Shown: positions 38,096-48,763, counted from the first letter of the stretch. The stretch: DNA of 64,000 nt from Vampirovibrionaceae bacterium NZW_1234 (GCA_041697335.1 JBGUGD010000004.1:87866-151865), one strand, 5' to 3'. Notes: generated by a model not told the origin, from the sequence alone. Made by a program: numbers and translations.

Positions 38096-39034
38096 TTAAA
38101 ACAAGGCTTCGGGAAGCGTGGTGTTGGAGGTCGTAGTCGGAAGGGTATAAACCCCATCAGTATCGGCTTTAACACTGACAATCTTACAGTGTGAGAGTTC
38201 GGTTACCGTTTTTAAGCGCTCAAAGCACTGATGATGACTCACAGAGCTTGGGGTAAAAACGGCCAGGGTTGAGCCAGAGCCGCTAATCACTGAGCCCATG
38301 GCTGTAGTTTGGCTTAAAGCCTCTTTTAAAACAGGCCATTCCGGTATCAAAGCGCCCCGAGCCGGTTCATGAATGGTGTCAGATTGCAGGGCCTCCTGAA
38401 ACAGACTGGCATCCTTGTGTTCTACGGCGTAGATCCATGCGGCCATGCCACGAAGGTTTGCAACTGCCTCTTGGCGCGAGTAATGGTCTGGCAGAATGGT
38501 TCGGGCTTCATTGGTATGGAGTTTGGTGGGCGGAATAATGAGGATGATACCCCATTCCGACGGCCACACCAGCGAGATGCGATGATCCTCACTGACACAA
38601 CACTGTACTCCACCCAGTAAGGCCGGAACCACATTGTCCGGATGCCCCTCCAGCTGGATAGCCCACGGGACCAGCTGGGTCTTGGGCAGGGGATCGGGGT
38701 GCATGTGATTGGCCAGTACAAGACCAGCGACAATGGCACTGGAGCTGCTGCCCAGTCCTCGGGAAAGGGGTATGTGCCCTTCAATCACCAGACGAGCCGG
38801 AATCGGTGTTTCCTGGCGAAACTGAAAGTAAGCCGAATAGGCTTTGGCCAGCAAGTTTTCCGAGGGATCCAGAGAGAGCCCGTCTGTCTCAATACAGGTG
38901 TGTTTGGACAGTTCCACACTTAAGGTCTCGGCAGGCGCCACTTCAAAATGATTGTAGAACTGCAGGGCCATCCCCAGGGTATCAAATCCCGGGCCCAGGT
39001 TGGCCGAGGTGGCAGGAACTCTAATGCGTATCAT
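38096..39034 (-). CDS. thrB: Homoserine kinase
   Basis: VPATSANLGPGFD.LG.AL, IPLSRGLGSSS, EGHPDNV, ISGSGST. Confidence 0.97.
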   Translation of the reverse strand: MIRIRVPATSANLGPGFDTLGMALQFYNHFEVAPAETLSVELSKHTCIETDGLSLDPSENLLAKAYSAYFQFRQETPIPARLVIEGHIPLSRGLGSSSSAIVAGLVLANHMHPDPLPKTQLVPWAIQLEGHPDNVVPALLGGVQCCVSEDHRISLVWPSEWGIILIIPPTKLHTNEARTILPDHYSRQEAVANLRGMAAWIYAVEHKDASLFQEALQSDTIHEPARGALIPEWPVLKEALSQTTAMGSVISGSGSTLAVFTPSSVSHHQCFERLKTVTELSHCKIVSVKADTDGVYTLPTTTSNTTLPEALF

Positions 39035-41771
39035 CGTGTGCTGTTTCCTTACGCACCGCCTTGGGAGCCACTACGGTGACGACCTTGGGTTGGCTGAAGA
39101 TCTGCTGGGCCACCCGTTGGACATCTTCCGAGGTTACTTGTTCCACCAGTTTTGGGTATTGATGATCAAAGCCATAGCCCACACCCATGGTCTCGTAAAA
39201 CCCTTGGTAGAAGGCTTGGTTGGCATTGGATTCATGGGCTAGCGCAAAAGAGCCGATCAGCTTGCTTTTAACCGCTTCAAGCTCTTCAGAGCTCACCGAT
39301 TCGGTTTGAAGCCGGCTGATCTCTTTCTGGAAGCCTTCTTCTACTTTAGGCAGGTTCTTGGGATCGGTGCCGATGTACATCACAAAGTTACCGGTCTTCA
39401 GCATGCTGGGGAAGGTGGAGCTGACGTGATAGGCTAAGCCTTGTTTTTCCCGCAGGTTTACGAAAAGCCGAGAACTCAGCCCTGAGCCCAGAAGCGTGTT
39501 AATGACTTTCAGGGTAATGTAATCCCGGTCGGTAGAAATTCCCGGGGCATGCCAGCCGTAAGCAACCCAGGTAGCGGCTTGTTCTGGTTTTTGAGCCATC
39601 ACGGTAATATCCTGGGCCAAGGGTTCAACATTGGGGAAGGGTGTCTTTGGCAATGGTGTTGCAGCCACTTTTTGTGGCTGATCTTGGAAAGGTATGGCCG
39701 TCAGAATTTGTTGAAAACCGGATTTTACCCGCTCCGGATCAAAACGTCCCACAACCGAAATAACCAGGTTGTCCGGACGAAGGCTGTGTTGGTAAAAGCG
39801 CACCAAATCGTCGCGGGTCAGCGTCGGCAAGGATTGCTCCAGGCGACTGCCGACGGCGCCGTAGGGGTGGTTCGGATAGAGCGCTTCAGTGAGTTTTTCA
39901 AACATCAGATTGCTCGGTTGATCCCGGCTGGTTTGAATCCGTTGCAGGGATTCGGCCCGCTCTTTCTCCAGTTCATCCTGTGGAAAGGTGGGGTTCGTCA
40001 GCACATCTTGCAAGATGAGCATCAAGGAATCCACGTCACTGCTCAGACCGGAACTCCGGATTTCCAGAAAATCTTCGTCACTGGAGCTGGACAGTGATAA
40101 GCCCTGGCGTTCAAGTTCTTCACTCAGTTGGGCAAAGGTTCTGTTTTTGGTGCCTTTCATCAGCACCTGGGCTGTCATGGAAGCCACCCCGGGTTTAGGC
40201 TCCAAGAGGCGTCCGCCTTTGGCCATAATGTTAATGGCAACCGTATGGCTGGTGGGTACTTGTTTCATCAGTAGCGTTGTGCCATTGGGCAGAACCACTT
40301 TCTGCACATTCTGAGCAGGAGATTCCATTTGACCTGCCAGTTCGGTGTCAGTAGCGGTTATGTGTACCGCATCACGCAGGCGTTGAATGTTGGCTGCCAC
40401 TTCCTGGTGGGTCGCAATTGCGTCGGACTTAGGCAAGATTTCCACTACAGCGGCCTTGTTAAAGTCCAGATATTTATTTGCGGCGGCCTTGACGTCGGCG
40501 GCTGTGATTTTTTGGATATTGCTAACGTAGTCAGTGTAGTCGGATAAGCTGCCAATGGTGACATTATAGCCAATGGTGTTGGCCACCCCGGACGTTGATT
40601 CATTTAGAAAAGCAAATTCCTTGACCACTTGGGTTTTTGCTTTTTCCAATTCCTCAGGTGTCGGCCCTTTGGCTTTAAACTGGGCTAATTGGGCTAGGAT
40701 GGCCTTTTGCGCTTCGGCACGTTTTTCCGGTTTGATTTCTGCCGAGATGACAAAGCTGCCGGCTTGGCGGTGAGTGATATTGCCGGCCCCAATGCTTTCC
40801 ACCAACTGCTGTTCTTCTTTCAAGGTTCGGTACAAGCGGGAACTTGCACCATCACCCAGGATTTTTGCCGCCAGATCCAAGGCAAAGTTATCTTGGCGAT
40901 GCTCGATGCCTGGGGCGAGAAAGCCCAATTCGAAGTTGTCTATCGAGACATTGGGGTCGGTTAGAACCGTGGACGAAGGTTGGTTGATCGGGAGAATCGG
41001 TTTTTTGCTGGGAAGCCCCGGTTTGGGGCGCACCTGAACACTGTAAGCCGTTTTAAAAGCCTGGTTTACCATTTTAACGGCTTTCTCGGTCTGAACATCG
41101 CCGACCACAATGGTTTTAAAGTTTTGAGGCTGATACCAGGTGTGATAGTAGTCCAGGATGGCTTCTCGCGGAATTTTCTGGATGTTACTCTTGGGTCCCA
41201 AAGTATCCATGGCGTAGGGATGGTTGCCAAAGAGCAATTTGTCCAGGGCAATGTAAGCTTTTCGGGAGGGAGAGTCCAGTGAGCGGTTAATTTCTTCCTG
41301 TACCACTTCCCGTTCCCGGGTCAGTTCAGGTGGATTGATCGTCGCGTTCAAGAGCATATCTGCGTGAAGCTTAAGAGCCTCTTCAAAGTAGGGGCTGGCC
41401 GTGGTGATATGGTAATGGGTAAAGTCATCACTGGTGGCGGCGTTAAAATCGGCCCCTCGGGACTCCAGAATCCGATCAATCTCGCCCAGCTTGTAGGTTT
41501 TGGTGCCTTTAAAGAGCAAATGCTCCAGAAAGTGAGACACCCCGTTGTTTTGCGGTGTTTCATCGGCAGAACCGACATTCACCCAGGTATCAATGGTCAC
41601 AATGGGTTGGGTGTGAATTTCCTGGACATAGACCTGTTGGCCTGAAGGAAGCTTGGTGTGGTAAATCTGGGGAGTGGGCACGGAAGCCGCCAGTGCGACA
41701 TGCAATGGGCTGGCCAGAAGCCCAATCAGAAGAAGTGCTAAGGGTTTTTTCACGATGAAAGAATGCCGCAT
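39021..41771 (-). CDS. Exported M16 (pitrilysin-family) zinc peptidase, two-module type
   Basis: Signal peptide; HFLEH inverted zinc motif in the first half; inactive second module with SSRLF..LREKQGLAY. Confidence 0.93.
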   Translation of the reverse strand: MRHSFIVKKPLALLLIGLLASPLHVALAASVPTPQIYHTKLPSGQQVYVQEIHTQPIVTIDTWVNVGSADETPQNNGVSHFLEHLLFKGTKTYKLGEIDRILESRGADFNAATSDDFTHYHITTASPYFEEALKLHADMLLNATINPPELTREREVVQEEINRSLDSPSRKAYIALDKLLFGNHPYAMDTLGPKSNIQKIPREAILDYYHTWYQPQNFKTIVVGDVQTEKAVKMVNQAFKTAYSVQVRPKPGLPSKKPILPINQPSSTVLTDPNVSIDNFELGFLAPGIEHRQDNFALDLAAKILGDGASSRLYRTLKEEQQLVESIGAGNITHRQAGSFVISAEIKPEKRAEAQKAILAQLAQFKAKGPTPEELEKAKTQVVKEFAFLNESTSGVANTIGYNVTIGSLSDYTDYVSNIQKITAADVKAAANKYLDFNKAAVVEILPKSDAIATHQEVAANIQRLRDAVHITATDTELAGQMESPAQNVQKVVLPNGTTLLMKQVPTSHTVAINIMAKGGRLLEPKPGVASMTAQVLMKGTKNRTFAQLSEELERQGLSLSSSSDEDFLEIRSSGLSSDVDSLMLILQDVLTNPTFPQDELEKERAESLQRIQTSRDQPSNLMFEKLTEALYPNHPYGAVGSRLEQSLPTLTRDDLVRFYQHSLRPDNLVISVVGRFDPERVKSGFQQILTAIPFQDQPQKVAATPLPKTPFPNVEPLAQDITVMAQKPEQAATWVAYGWHAPGISTDRDYITLKVINTLLGSGLSSRLFVNLREKQGLAYHVSSTFPSMLKTGNFVMYIGTDPKNLPKVEEGFQKEISRLQTESVSSEELEAVKSKLIGSFALAHESNANQAFYQGFYETMGVGYGFDHQYPKLVEQVTSEDVQRVAQQIFSQPKVVTVVAPKAVRKETAHDDTH

Positions 41772-42057
41772 TTTGAAATTGCCTCTCCGTTTGTTGATGG
41801 GGTCAGTCAATATAGCCCTATTCTGCCAAAGATATGGTGAAAAATAAATTGTTTCCAACCTCAGCCAGCGTTCATACCACCCAAGGGTGAACCTCATGTA
41901 TTTTGCTCTGTAAATATCTTGACATCAAAGTAGCAACAACCTGGGTTCTCGCGTTTTTATCCACTACTTCTGTTAGCCTATCGGATCCGGAAGAAACTTG
42001 TTTTTCTGCCCGATGGGTGAGTTCCGTATCGAAGAAGGGGATTCGGGAACACCAGTG

Positions 42058-42978
42058 ATGTTACGAGGATTATCCACATCGGTCACAGTTAACCCTTATA
42101 ATCGCGCGTATGCTCCCGGTGCATCGGCTTTTCATCAGAAGGAGGGGAAAGTCGTCGAGCCTCAGTTTGGCCGTTCATCGACGCTACCCGCGTCAACCAC
42201 GTTGGCACAACCCAAACCAAGTCAAGGAATTGAAAAGCTTTTTGATAAACTGGCTGCTGAAACCCGTCGAAGCATCATGGACATTCGTCTGGGGTTGATG
42301 AGGACCCCGGAGCATCAGAAACGCTTTCAGGAGGTGTATGATCAGGCCCGGGCTTACGCTCTGAAATGTCATGAGCGGGGTGAAAAAGGGATTTTTGTTC
42401 TCGACATTGATGAAACCATCCAGGACAATAGCGCCTACTATACAGATCCTCAGGGGCGATATTTTAAAAAAGGCGACGAAAAAGGCCCGTACCGATTTAA
42501 CGAAGCCACATGGCAAGAGTTTACCGGATCGAACAAGCCTAAGATCTTTCCTCAGGCCAAAGAGTTTATTGCCTTTCTCAATGAGATTGGCATGCCCTAT
42601 ACCTTTATCACCAGTATGAGCGCCAAAAACCGGGATGTTCTCATTCAGCGCCTTGAAGAAGAGGCCGGTGTCCCTAAAGGCATGCTGGATAAACCCGGCC
42701 ATTTATATTTTGTAGCCGATGGGGAATCCAAACTGGAGTATCAGAAGAAAGCATCTCAAGCCTTGGGGCTGCCCATTCTGGCAAGTCTGGGGGATCAGCC
42801 CCGGGATATGACCGAGGATCCTTCCAAAAACTTTCTTTTGCCCAATACCCTGTATGAGCTTTCCGACGCCAAGACCTATTATCGAAGCTCGGAGATGAGC
42901 AATTGGCTTGCGTCGATTATGACCTTTTCAAAGCTGGCCCAGGACTATGGCTTGGGTGAAAAAGCAATGTCTGCCTAG
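42058..42978 (+). CDS. HAD-family acid phosphatase (class B/C-like) with low-complexity N-terminal extension
   Basis: VLDIDET.QDNS.Y motif I, FIT motif II, LGDQPRD and LPN..Y. Confidence 0.8.
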   Translation: MLRGLSTSVTVNPYNRAYAPGASAFHQKEGKVVEPQFGRSSTLPASTTLAQPKPSQGIEKLFDKLAAETRRSIMDIRLGLMRTPEHQKRFQEVYDQARAYALKCHERGEKGIFVLDIDETIQDNSAYYTDPQGRYFKKGDEKGPYRFNEATWQEFTGSNKPKIFPQAKEFIAFLNEIGMPYTFITSMSAKNRDVLIQRLEEEAGVPKGMLDKPGHLYFVADGESKLEYQKKASQALGLPILASLGDQPRDMTEDPSKNFLLPNTLYELSDAKTYYRSSEMSNWLASIMTFSKLAQDYGLGEKAMSA

Positions 42979-42990
42979 GTACAAACGTTT

Positions 42991-43212
42991 TTAGTGATGA
43001 TGTTGCTGCTGTGCAGAGGCTTGCATCTGGCCGGCAATGTCACGCTGCAAGCTTTGCAGGTCAACAGCCCCTTTATGGCCCATGACATAGAGAGCACATT
43101 TACGGACCGGAGCAACATACCAGGCACATTGATCTCCCAGACACAGTTCCATCACTTCGCTTCGGGTACTGATTAACGGGCAGACTGGAACCATCGATTC
43201 CCGGGTGTCCAT
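42991..43212 (-). CDS. Small Cys-containing hypothetical protein
   Basis: CPL...C...CAWY....C pattern; AGGAG RBS upstream. Confidence 0.7.
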   Translation of the reverse strand: MDTRESMVPVCPLISTRSEVMELCLGDQCAWYVAPVRKCALYVMGHKGAVDLQSLQRDIAGQMQASAQQQHHH

Positions 43213-43375
43213 ATGTCAAACTCCTTTTTGTGCTCATCCTTGGGGAACATACCACCATGATTATTGGTGGGTAGAGCGAATCCTGAAGGGGATTGTGAAT
43301 TTTCTACCCCTTTTGGAGGAGTTTACATACAATAAGGGGTACATGTTTCAGTTCGGACGAAAGGAACCCTGCGCC

Positions 43376-44947
43376 ATGGGCAGTTATGCAACCGACATTC
43401 GCATTGTGACCGATAAACCTAACCTTGCCGAATTTCCGTGTGATGTCATGGTCGTGCCGGTCTTTCAGCAAGACGCTCCTGCCGGTGCTGAATTGCCTGA
43501 AGATACAGAAGAAAAGGAAAAATCGAAAAAAGTGCCTCGCTGGGTTGAGCTTCACGCTTCGTTGGATGATATGATGAGCGGGCATCTTTTAGCCACCCTG
43601 AGCGAGGAGCGTTTTAAAGCCGATTGCGGCAAAAAGCGGATTTTTAAACTCCGAGCCCCCGATGGCATTCAGGCCAAATGGATTGTGGTTTTAGGCTTGG
43701 GTGAGCCGGACAAGCTGGATATCAAAAAGTTGACTCAGGCCTTTCAAGGCAGTTGGAAAGAGACGTTTAGCTATAAAGAAGTCCATGACGTTGCTGTCCT
43801 TATGCCGGTGGATACCAAAAAAGTGTCTGTGCGTCACGCAGTTCAAGCCGCTTGTATTGCGGCATTTCAGTCGACCTATAAAACCCGGGAAGCGGGTGAA
43901 AGCAAAATCCATGCTTTCCAATCCCTGAGTTTGATTATGTCTGAAGGCACCTCGGTTCATGAGAAGGATGTTGAGGCAGCACGGGCTATGGGGATGGCCG
44001 AAGCCCTGACCAAAGATTTGGCCAACATGCCGGCTAACCTGAAAACTGCCGAAACCTTAGCTGAAACGGCGCGCAGCTTTATGGGGCTTCCTGGCATTTC
44101 CGTTGAAATTATTGATGATGTGGGCCGTATCGCCAAAGAAATGCCCGCGTTCTTCGCTGTGGCAGCTGCTTCGGCCAAATCCGATCCGCCACGCTTTATT
44201 AAAGTTCATTACAAACCCTCTGGCGGCACGGTCTCCAAAAAAATTGCCCTGGTAGGTAAGGGTGTTATCTTTGATACAGGCGGCGTTCAGGTTAAAACCG
44301 GAAATTATATGAATGATATGAAATTCGATATGACCGGGGCCGCGAGTGTTTTGGCCATTATGAAAGCTGTCTCAGAAATGGCCTTGCAAGGCGTGGAAAT
44401 TTCCGCCTATGTGGCAGCCACCCGAAACGCAATTAGTGATACCGCCTATTTGCCGGACAGCATCTTGGATTCGGCCAGCGGGAAAAAGATCGAAATTCGC
44501 CATACGGATGCCGAAGGGCGTGTGACGCTTGCCGATGCCGTGTACAAGGCCAGTCTCGATAAGCCTGATGAAATGGTGACCGTTGCCACGTTGACCGGAT
44601 CGGCGGGTGTGGCCGTAGGCCATAGTATTGCACTGATGGGAACCGATGAGGATTTGGTTCGTCGGGTAGAAACAGCAGCCCGTGACGTGGGTGAATCGGT
44701 TCAAAGCTTTGAGTTGTTGGAAGAAGACTTTGACAACATTAAAAGCGAGCGTGATGCGGCTGATTTATCCAACACCAGTAAAAGTAAAAGTCGCGGACAC
44801 TTATCGGCAGGAGCCTTCGTCATGAGTTTTGGCCAAGACATCCCCATGGCTCACTTGGACATTGCCGGTGGCGATGCCAAAGATGGCAATGCAACGGGAA
44901 TTGCCGTTAAAGGCCTGATTCAATATCTACGCAACGAGGCTTCTTAA
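43376..44947 (+). CDS. Leucyl aminopeptidase (M17 family)
   Basis: LVGKGVIFDTGG, MKFDMTGAA, HTDAEGR (NTDAEGR variant), ATLTG, AHLDIAG. Confidence 0.93.
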   Translation: MGSYATDIRIVTDKPNLAEFPCDVMVVPVFQQDAPAGAELPEDTEEKEKSKKVPRWVELHASLDDMMSGHLLATLSEERFKADCGKKRIFKLRAPDGIQAKWIVVLGLGEPDKLDIKKLTQAFQGSWKETFSYKEVHDVAVLMPVDTKKVSVRHAVQAACIAAFQSTYKTREAGESKIHAFQSLSLIMSEGTSVHEKDVEAARAMGMAEALTKDLANMPANLKTAETLAETARSFMGLPGISVEIIDDVGRIAKEMPAFFAVAAASAKSDPPRFIKVHYKPSGGTVSKKIALVGKGVIFDTGGVQVKTGNYMNDMKFDMTGAASVLAIMKAVSEMALQGVEISAYVAATRNAISDTAYLPDSILDSASGKKIEIRHTDAEGRVTLADAVYKASLDKPDEMVTVATLTGSAGVAVGHSIALMGTDEDLVRRVETAARDVGESVQSFELLEEDFDNIKSERDAADLSNTSKSKSRGHLSAGAFVMSFGQDIPMAHLDIAGGDAKDGNATGIAVKGLIQYLRNEAS

Positions 44948-45010
44948 GAGTTACCGTTGCAACTGTAGTGGCTAGGAAGATTAAGGACACTGAGAGAAAG
45001 GACATTGTAC

Positions 45011-47098
45011 ATGAATCACCGACAAATGCTGAGCCTGATTCTGGGGCTGGTATTGCTTTTGGGTCAGGGGCTTGTCCATGCGGAGTGGCCGGGGTCCCGT
45101 TATCAATTAAAATCCCCGGATGGTCAGGTGGTGACCATCAACACGATTAACCAAAAGCGAGAAGCCGATAGCCTGGTTCTCTATACTTCTGAATACGGTC
45201 CTTCTTCCCGCACCAATCCCTACGGTGTTGAGGTTGCGGCAGTGCCGGTGCCTGGAAAAGCAAACACCTATAAGGTCACCCGGATGACCAGTATTTTTAC
45301 ATGTGAATCGGATGAGGATCTGAAAAAATGCGGCAATATGTCCATTCCTCCCAATGGTGTTGTCCTGTCCGCCATGGGAAATCAACGCGAATGGTTGCTC
45401 AAAACTCTTCCTATGGGGGCCGAATTTGAAGTCAGTCAGGCTCTGGTTTCCGAGAGCCGTTTTTCCATTTCTGCGGTGAACCCCACGCCGCAAACCAATC
45501 CCACCGGATCGGGATTCCCGGGAACTCGAGGGGGTAACCAGATGATTCTGTATGATAGCCTGTATGGACAGCCCACCACGGGAACCAATGAATTTGGCTA
45601 CGAAGTCACTGTCAAAGAAGGTCGGGTGATTGCACAGGAAGGCGCCAATAGCGTTGTTCCTGCTGAATCCGGGGCGTTTGTGCTTAGCGGTCATGGCAAA
45701 GCCCGGCAATGGTTGCTTCAAAATGCCCCCATTGGCAGCAAGATTTCTTTGGACAACAACACGGTAATCAGTACCATCGATAAGGAAACCTACTTATATC
45801 AGCTGGAACGTCTGGTCAGCAAGATCGAAGCGCTTCAACCGGCTAAAATTCCCTCGGAGGTGAAGCAAAAAATTCAGACCCTGCGCCAGACAGCATATAT
45901 TCTGAGTGATCAGGAGGTCTCCGAAAAAGCATTGGCCTTGAAACAGCAGCTGACACCGGTTTTGTGGCAAAGCTATCCGACAGTGTCCTCCGCGTCTATG
46001 CGGGCGGTCTGGCATCGCCCCAGTGAAGCGTCGTTGGCTGAAATTCGCCAATCCTTGGATCTGCTTCAAAAAGCAGGCTTCAACACGATTTTCCTGGAGA
46101 CCTACTTGCACGGGGATCCCATCTTCAAGTCGCGTACCTTTGAGACCTATAACATTCCCCAAAAGCTGCCGTTTGTGCAAAAAGACGGGGATCGAGACCT
46201 CTTGAAAACCTGGCTGGATGAAGCCCATAAGCGTGGTATGAAAGTCCATGTCTGGTTCCAGACCTTTTATGCCGGGAACCGCCAGTTTGATAAATCCATG
46301 GGCAGTATTTTGACGACCTACCCGCAATGGGCCAACATTCAACGCTCCGGCTTGGGGCAAGCCACCTTGCCTGCCTCTACCCTAGAGTCGGGTGCCTATT
46401 TCCTCGATCCGATGAATCAGGAAGTGCAGCAGTTCCTGTTGACTTTGATCGATGAGATTATCACCCGCTACCCTATTGATGGATTTCAATTAGACTATAT
46501 TCGTTATCCGGCAAGCTTTCCGCAGGATCGCTTCAGCTATGTTGCTACCACGTGGGGTTATACTCCCTTTGCCCGTAAAGTTTTCCAGGATCGCTTTGGA
46601 AAAGATCCTGCCGAGCTGACCCCGGCGGCGGATCCCGAACTGTGGGCTGAATGGAACAACTTCAAAACCCGTCAAATTGACCGATTTGTCCGCAAAGTTC
46701 GTGACGACATCAAGGAAAAGCGCCCAGATATGCCTTTATCTGTCGCCATCTTTCCCAAAGTCAAAGAGTCCATCGAGCGCAAGCACCAGAACTGGCTCTC
46801 CTGGGCCCAAAACGGGTGGGTGGACTTTATTGCTCCCATGACCCTGACCAGTTCATTAGAGTCCATTGCTACCGATACCCGTGAGGTTCAGACCGGGGCT
46901 GCGGTGCCGGTAATTACTGGAATCTTCGGGCCCTTTAACGGCAACAATCCCACCGATGTTGTCGATCAGGTTTGGACGGCATTTCAGGCCGGAGCCAAAG
47001 GAGTTGCCGTTTTTGATACGGCTCACCTGACCCGGCAAATGGCCGAAGCCTTGAACATGGGCCTGTTTAAGATTGAGGGCCCAAAAAAACAGAAGTAA
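45011..47098 (+). CDS. Exported glycoside hydrolase-like family 10 (DUF187-type) protein with two N-terminal repeat domains
   Basis: MRAVW, GFNTIFLET, EAHKRGMKVHVWF, FLDP...EVQ, IDGFQLDYIRYP, QNW..W...G.VD..APM. Confidence 0.88.
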   Translation: MNHRQMLSLILGLVLLLGQGLVHAEWPGSRYQLKSPDGQVVTINTINQKREADSLVLYTSEYGPSSRTNPYGVEVAAVPVPGKANTYKVTRMTSIFTCESDEDLKKCGNMSIPPNGVVLSAMGNQREWLLKTLPMGAEFEVSQALVSESRFSISAVNPTPQTNPTGSGFPGTRGGNQMILYDSLYGQPTTGTNEFGYEVTVKEGRVIAQEGANSVVPAESGAFVLSGHGKARQWLLQNAPIGSKISLDNNTVISTIDKETYLYQLERLVSKIEALQPAKIPSEVKQKIQTLRQTAYILSDQEVSEKALALKQQLTPVLWQSYPTVSSASMRAVWHRPSEASLAEIRQSLDLLQKAGFNTIFLETYLHGDPIFKSRTFETYNIPQKLPFVQKDGDRDLLKTWLDEAHKRGMKVHVWFQTFYAGNRQFDKSMGSILTTYPQWANIQRSGLGQATLPASTLESGAYFLDPMNQEVQQFLLTLIDEIITRYPIDGFQLDYIRYPASFPQDRFSYVATTWGYTPFARKVFQDRFGKDPAELTPAADPELWAEWNNFKTRQIDRFVRKVRDDIKEKRPDMPLSVAIFPKVKESIERKHQNWLSWAQNGWVDFIAPMTLTSSLESIATDTREVQTGAAVPVITGIFGPFNGNNPTDVVDQVWTAFQAGAKGVAVFDTAHLTRQMAEALNMGLFKIEGPKKQK

Positions 47099-47223
47099 AT
47101 CGCTTTACAGCCTGTTTGTTAAGTAAAAATTCCAGGCCTGGTCTGTGCTTCTGTTGTTCTGCTTTGCGCAAGCAGCTGGTGTCGGTATAATAAAAACCAG
47201 GATAGAGAACGGAGCCCGTTTAG

Positions 47224-47544
47224 ATGACCTCGCAATACACGTATTGCCGCTGGTATGATGTTCATCCCCGTTTTGGTTTTTTATTAAATCTGGTTCGCTT
47301 GATGCCTGCGCATCGCCAGCGTCTTGTGGCCGAGCGTATGAACCACTTCTTGGCTTCCCGTTCGGTGATGCCGGTCTTGTGGCATCAGGTGCCTTGGGAT
47401 GGCCATCGCTGGTATGATGCGGTACCCGAGTTGCTCTATAGCCTGGAACGTCTGAAGCAGGCGCCTCAATATGTTCAGGCCCAAAGCGTGACACATTTGG
47501 CCAATGTCTTGGCCGATATGGGTGTGGCCACTTGCTGTGCCTAA
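47224..47544 (+). CDS. Hypothetical protein with two RWYD repeats
   Basis: 106-aa ORF with GGAG RBS and upstream TATAAT; internal repeat CRWYDVHP / HRWYDAVP. Confidence 0.7.
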   Translation: MTSQYTYCRWYDVHPRFGFLLNLVRLMPAHRQRLVAERMNHFLASRSVMPVLWHQVPWDGHRWYDAVPELLYSLERLKQAPQYVQAQSVTHLANVLADMGVATCCA

Positions 47545-47593
47545 AGCTTGTTCGCTGCCGCGTTGTTCCCGATAGAACACCCTTGGGCACGTG

Positions 47594-48763
47594 CTAGTCA
47601 GGTAGGACTGGCTCGAGAAAATCCGCCAGAATGGTATTACTGACCGGGATGGCCTCCGGGGACAGCCTTAAGGTATCGCGGTCCCGGATCAGAAGCCCAG
47701 TCTCAAAATACCGAGAGAGACGCTTGGCATAGGTGGTGTTGAAGTCAAAGCCATAGCGGGCTTCCAGTACGGCAATGGAAACCCCCGATCGTTTTCGTAA
47801 CCCGAAGATAAAGGCATTTTCCAGTTGTTCTTCTCGAGAACAAGGATGCAGGTGGGCGCGTTGCAACGGATTTTCAAGATAAGCCTTTAAATCTCGGGGG
47901 TTTTCGTAGCGGCACTCCTGGATATAGCCATGCGCGCTGACCCCAAAGCCCCAGAACGCTTGGTTGTCCCAATAGGCCAAATTATGGCGAGAGGCAAAGC
48001 CTGGTCGGCAGAGATTGCTGATCTCATACAGGTCAAAGCCGTACTGAGCCAAGACGGGTAGGGCGAATTCATACATCTCTACCGTGGTCTCATCCGTGGG
48101 CAAGGCCATGCGCCCTGATTGCAAAACCTTGGCCAGCCCGGTTTCCGGTTCGACCTTGAGGCCATACATGGAAATATGCTGAATGGGCAGCGTCCCTACT
48201 TGTTGAAGTGTATCGGCCCAGCTGGCCATCGTTTGCTCCGGAATGCCGTACATCAAGTCGATGGACACATTGGTGTAACCGGCAGCAACAACCGTTTCCA
48301 TAAAGCGGTAGACCTGATCCCGAGAGTGAACCCGGGACAAGCGTTTGAGCTCGTTGGGTTGTAACGATTGCACGCCAATGCTGAGCCGGTTGATCCCGAT
48401 GTCCCGATAGTCCTGTAGGGGCGATGCGGTGCCTTCTGGATTGGCTTCCAAGGTAATTTCGGCTTCGGGTGAAAAGGGCGTAATGGATCGCAAGGTGGTC
48501 AAAATATCGTTGATCTCGCCGGCGCAAAACAGCCCCGGCGTGCCCCCACCCAGATACACGGTCTGAATCGGCATAGGGTCTTGTTGGCCTAAATAATGAA
48601 TGATTTCGGTTTTCAGTGCGTCGATATAGGCCCGCCGCCGATCGGGTGTGCCTTTGAGTTCCACGTAAAAATCGCAGTAAATGCAGTGGGACAGGCAAAA
48701 GGGCAAATGAATGTAAATAAACACCTGTGAATCCGATCCTGAAATCTCAAACCATAAATCCAA
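47594..48763 (-). CDS. hemW: Radical SAM heme chaperone HemW
   Basis: YIHLPFCLSHCIYCDF, GGGTP, EITLEANP, NRLSIGVQS, YEISN, HNLAYW. Confidence 0.93.
   Translation of the reverse strand: MDLWFEISGSDSQVFIYIHLPFCLSHCIYCDFYVELKGTPDRRRAYIDALKTEIIHYLGQQDPMPIQTVYLGGGTPGLFCAGEINDILTTLRSITPFSPEAEITLEANPEGTASPLQDYRDIGINRLSIGVQSLQPNELKRLSRVHSRDQVYRFMETVVAAGYTNVSIDLMYGIPEQTMASWADTLQQVGTLPIQHISMYGLKVEPETGLAKVLQSGRMALPTDETTVEMYEFALPVLAQYGFDLYEISNLCRPGFASRHNLAYWDNQAFWGFGVSAHGYIQECRYENPRDLKAYLENPLQRAHLHPCSREEQLENAFIFGLRKRSGVSIAVLEARYGFDFNTTYAKRLSRYFETGLLIRDRDTLRLSPEAIPVSNTILADFLEPVLPD

Noticed and set aside
41957..42078. Two DnaA-box-like 9-mers (TTATCCACT at 41957, TTATCCACA at 42070) as oriC
   Set aside because: Only two boxes, one inside a CDS, with no box cluster or dnaA/dnaN context.
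43376..44947. HTDAEGR instead of NTDAEGR in the M17 peptidase as a sign of inactivation
   Set aside because: The metal-binding Lys, Asp and Glu residues and the catalytic Arg all appear retained.
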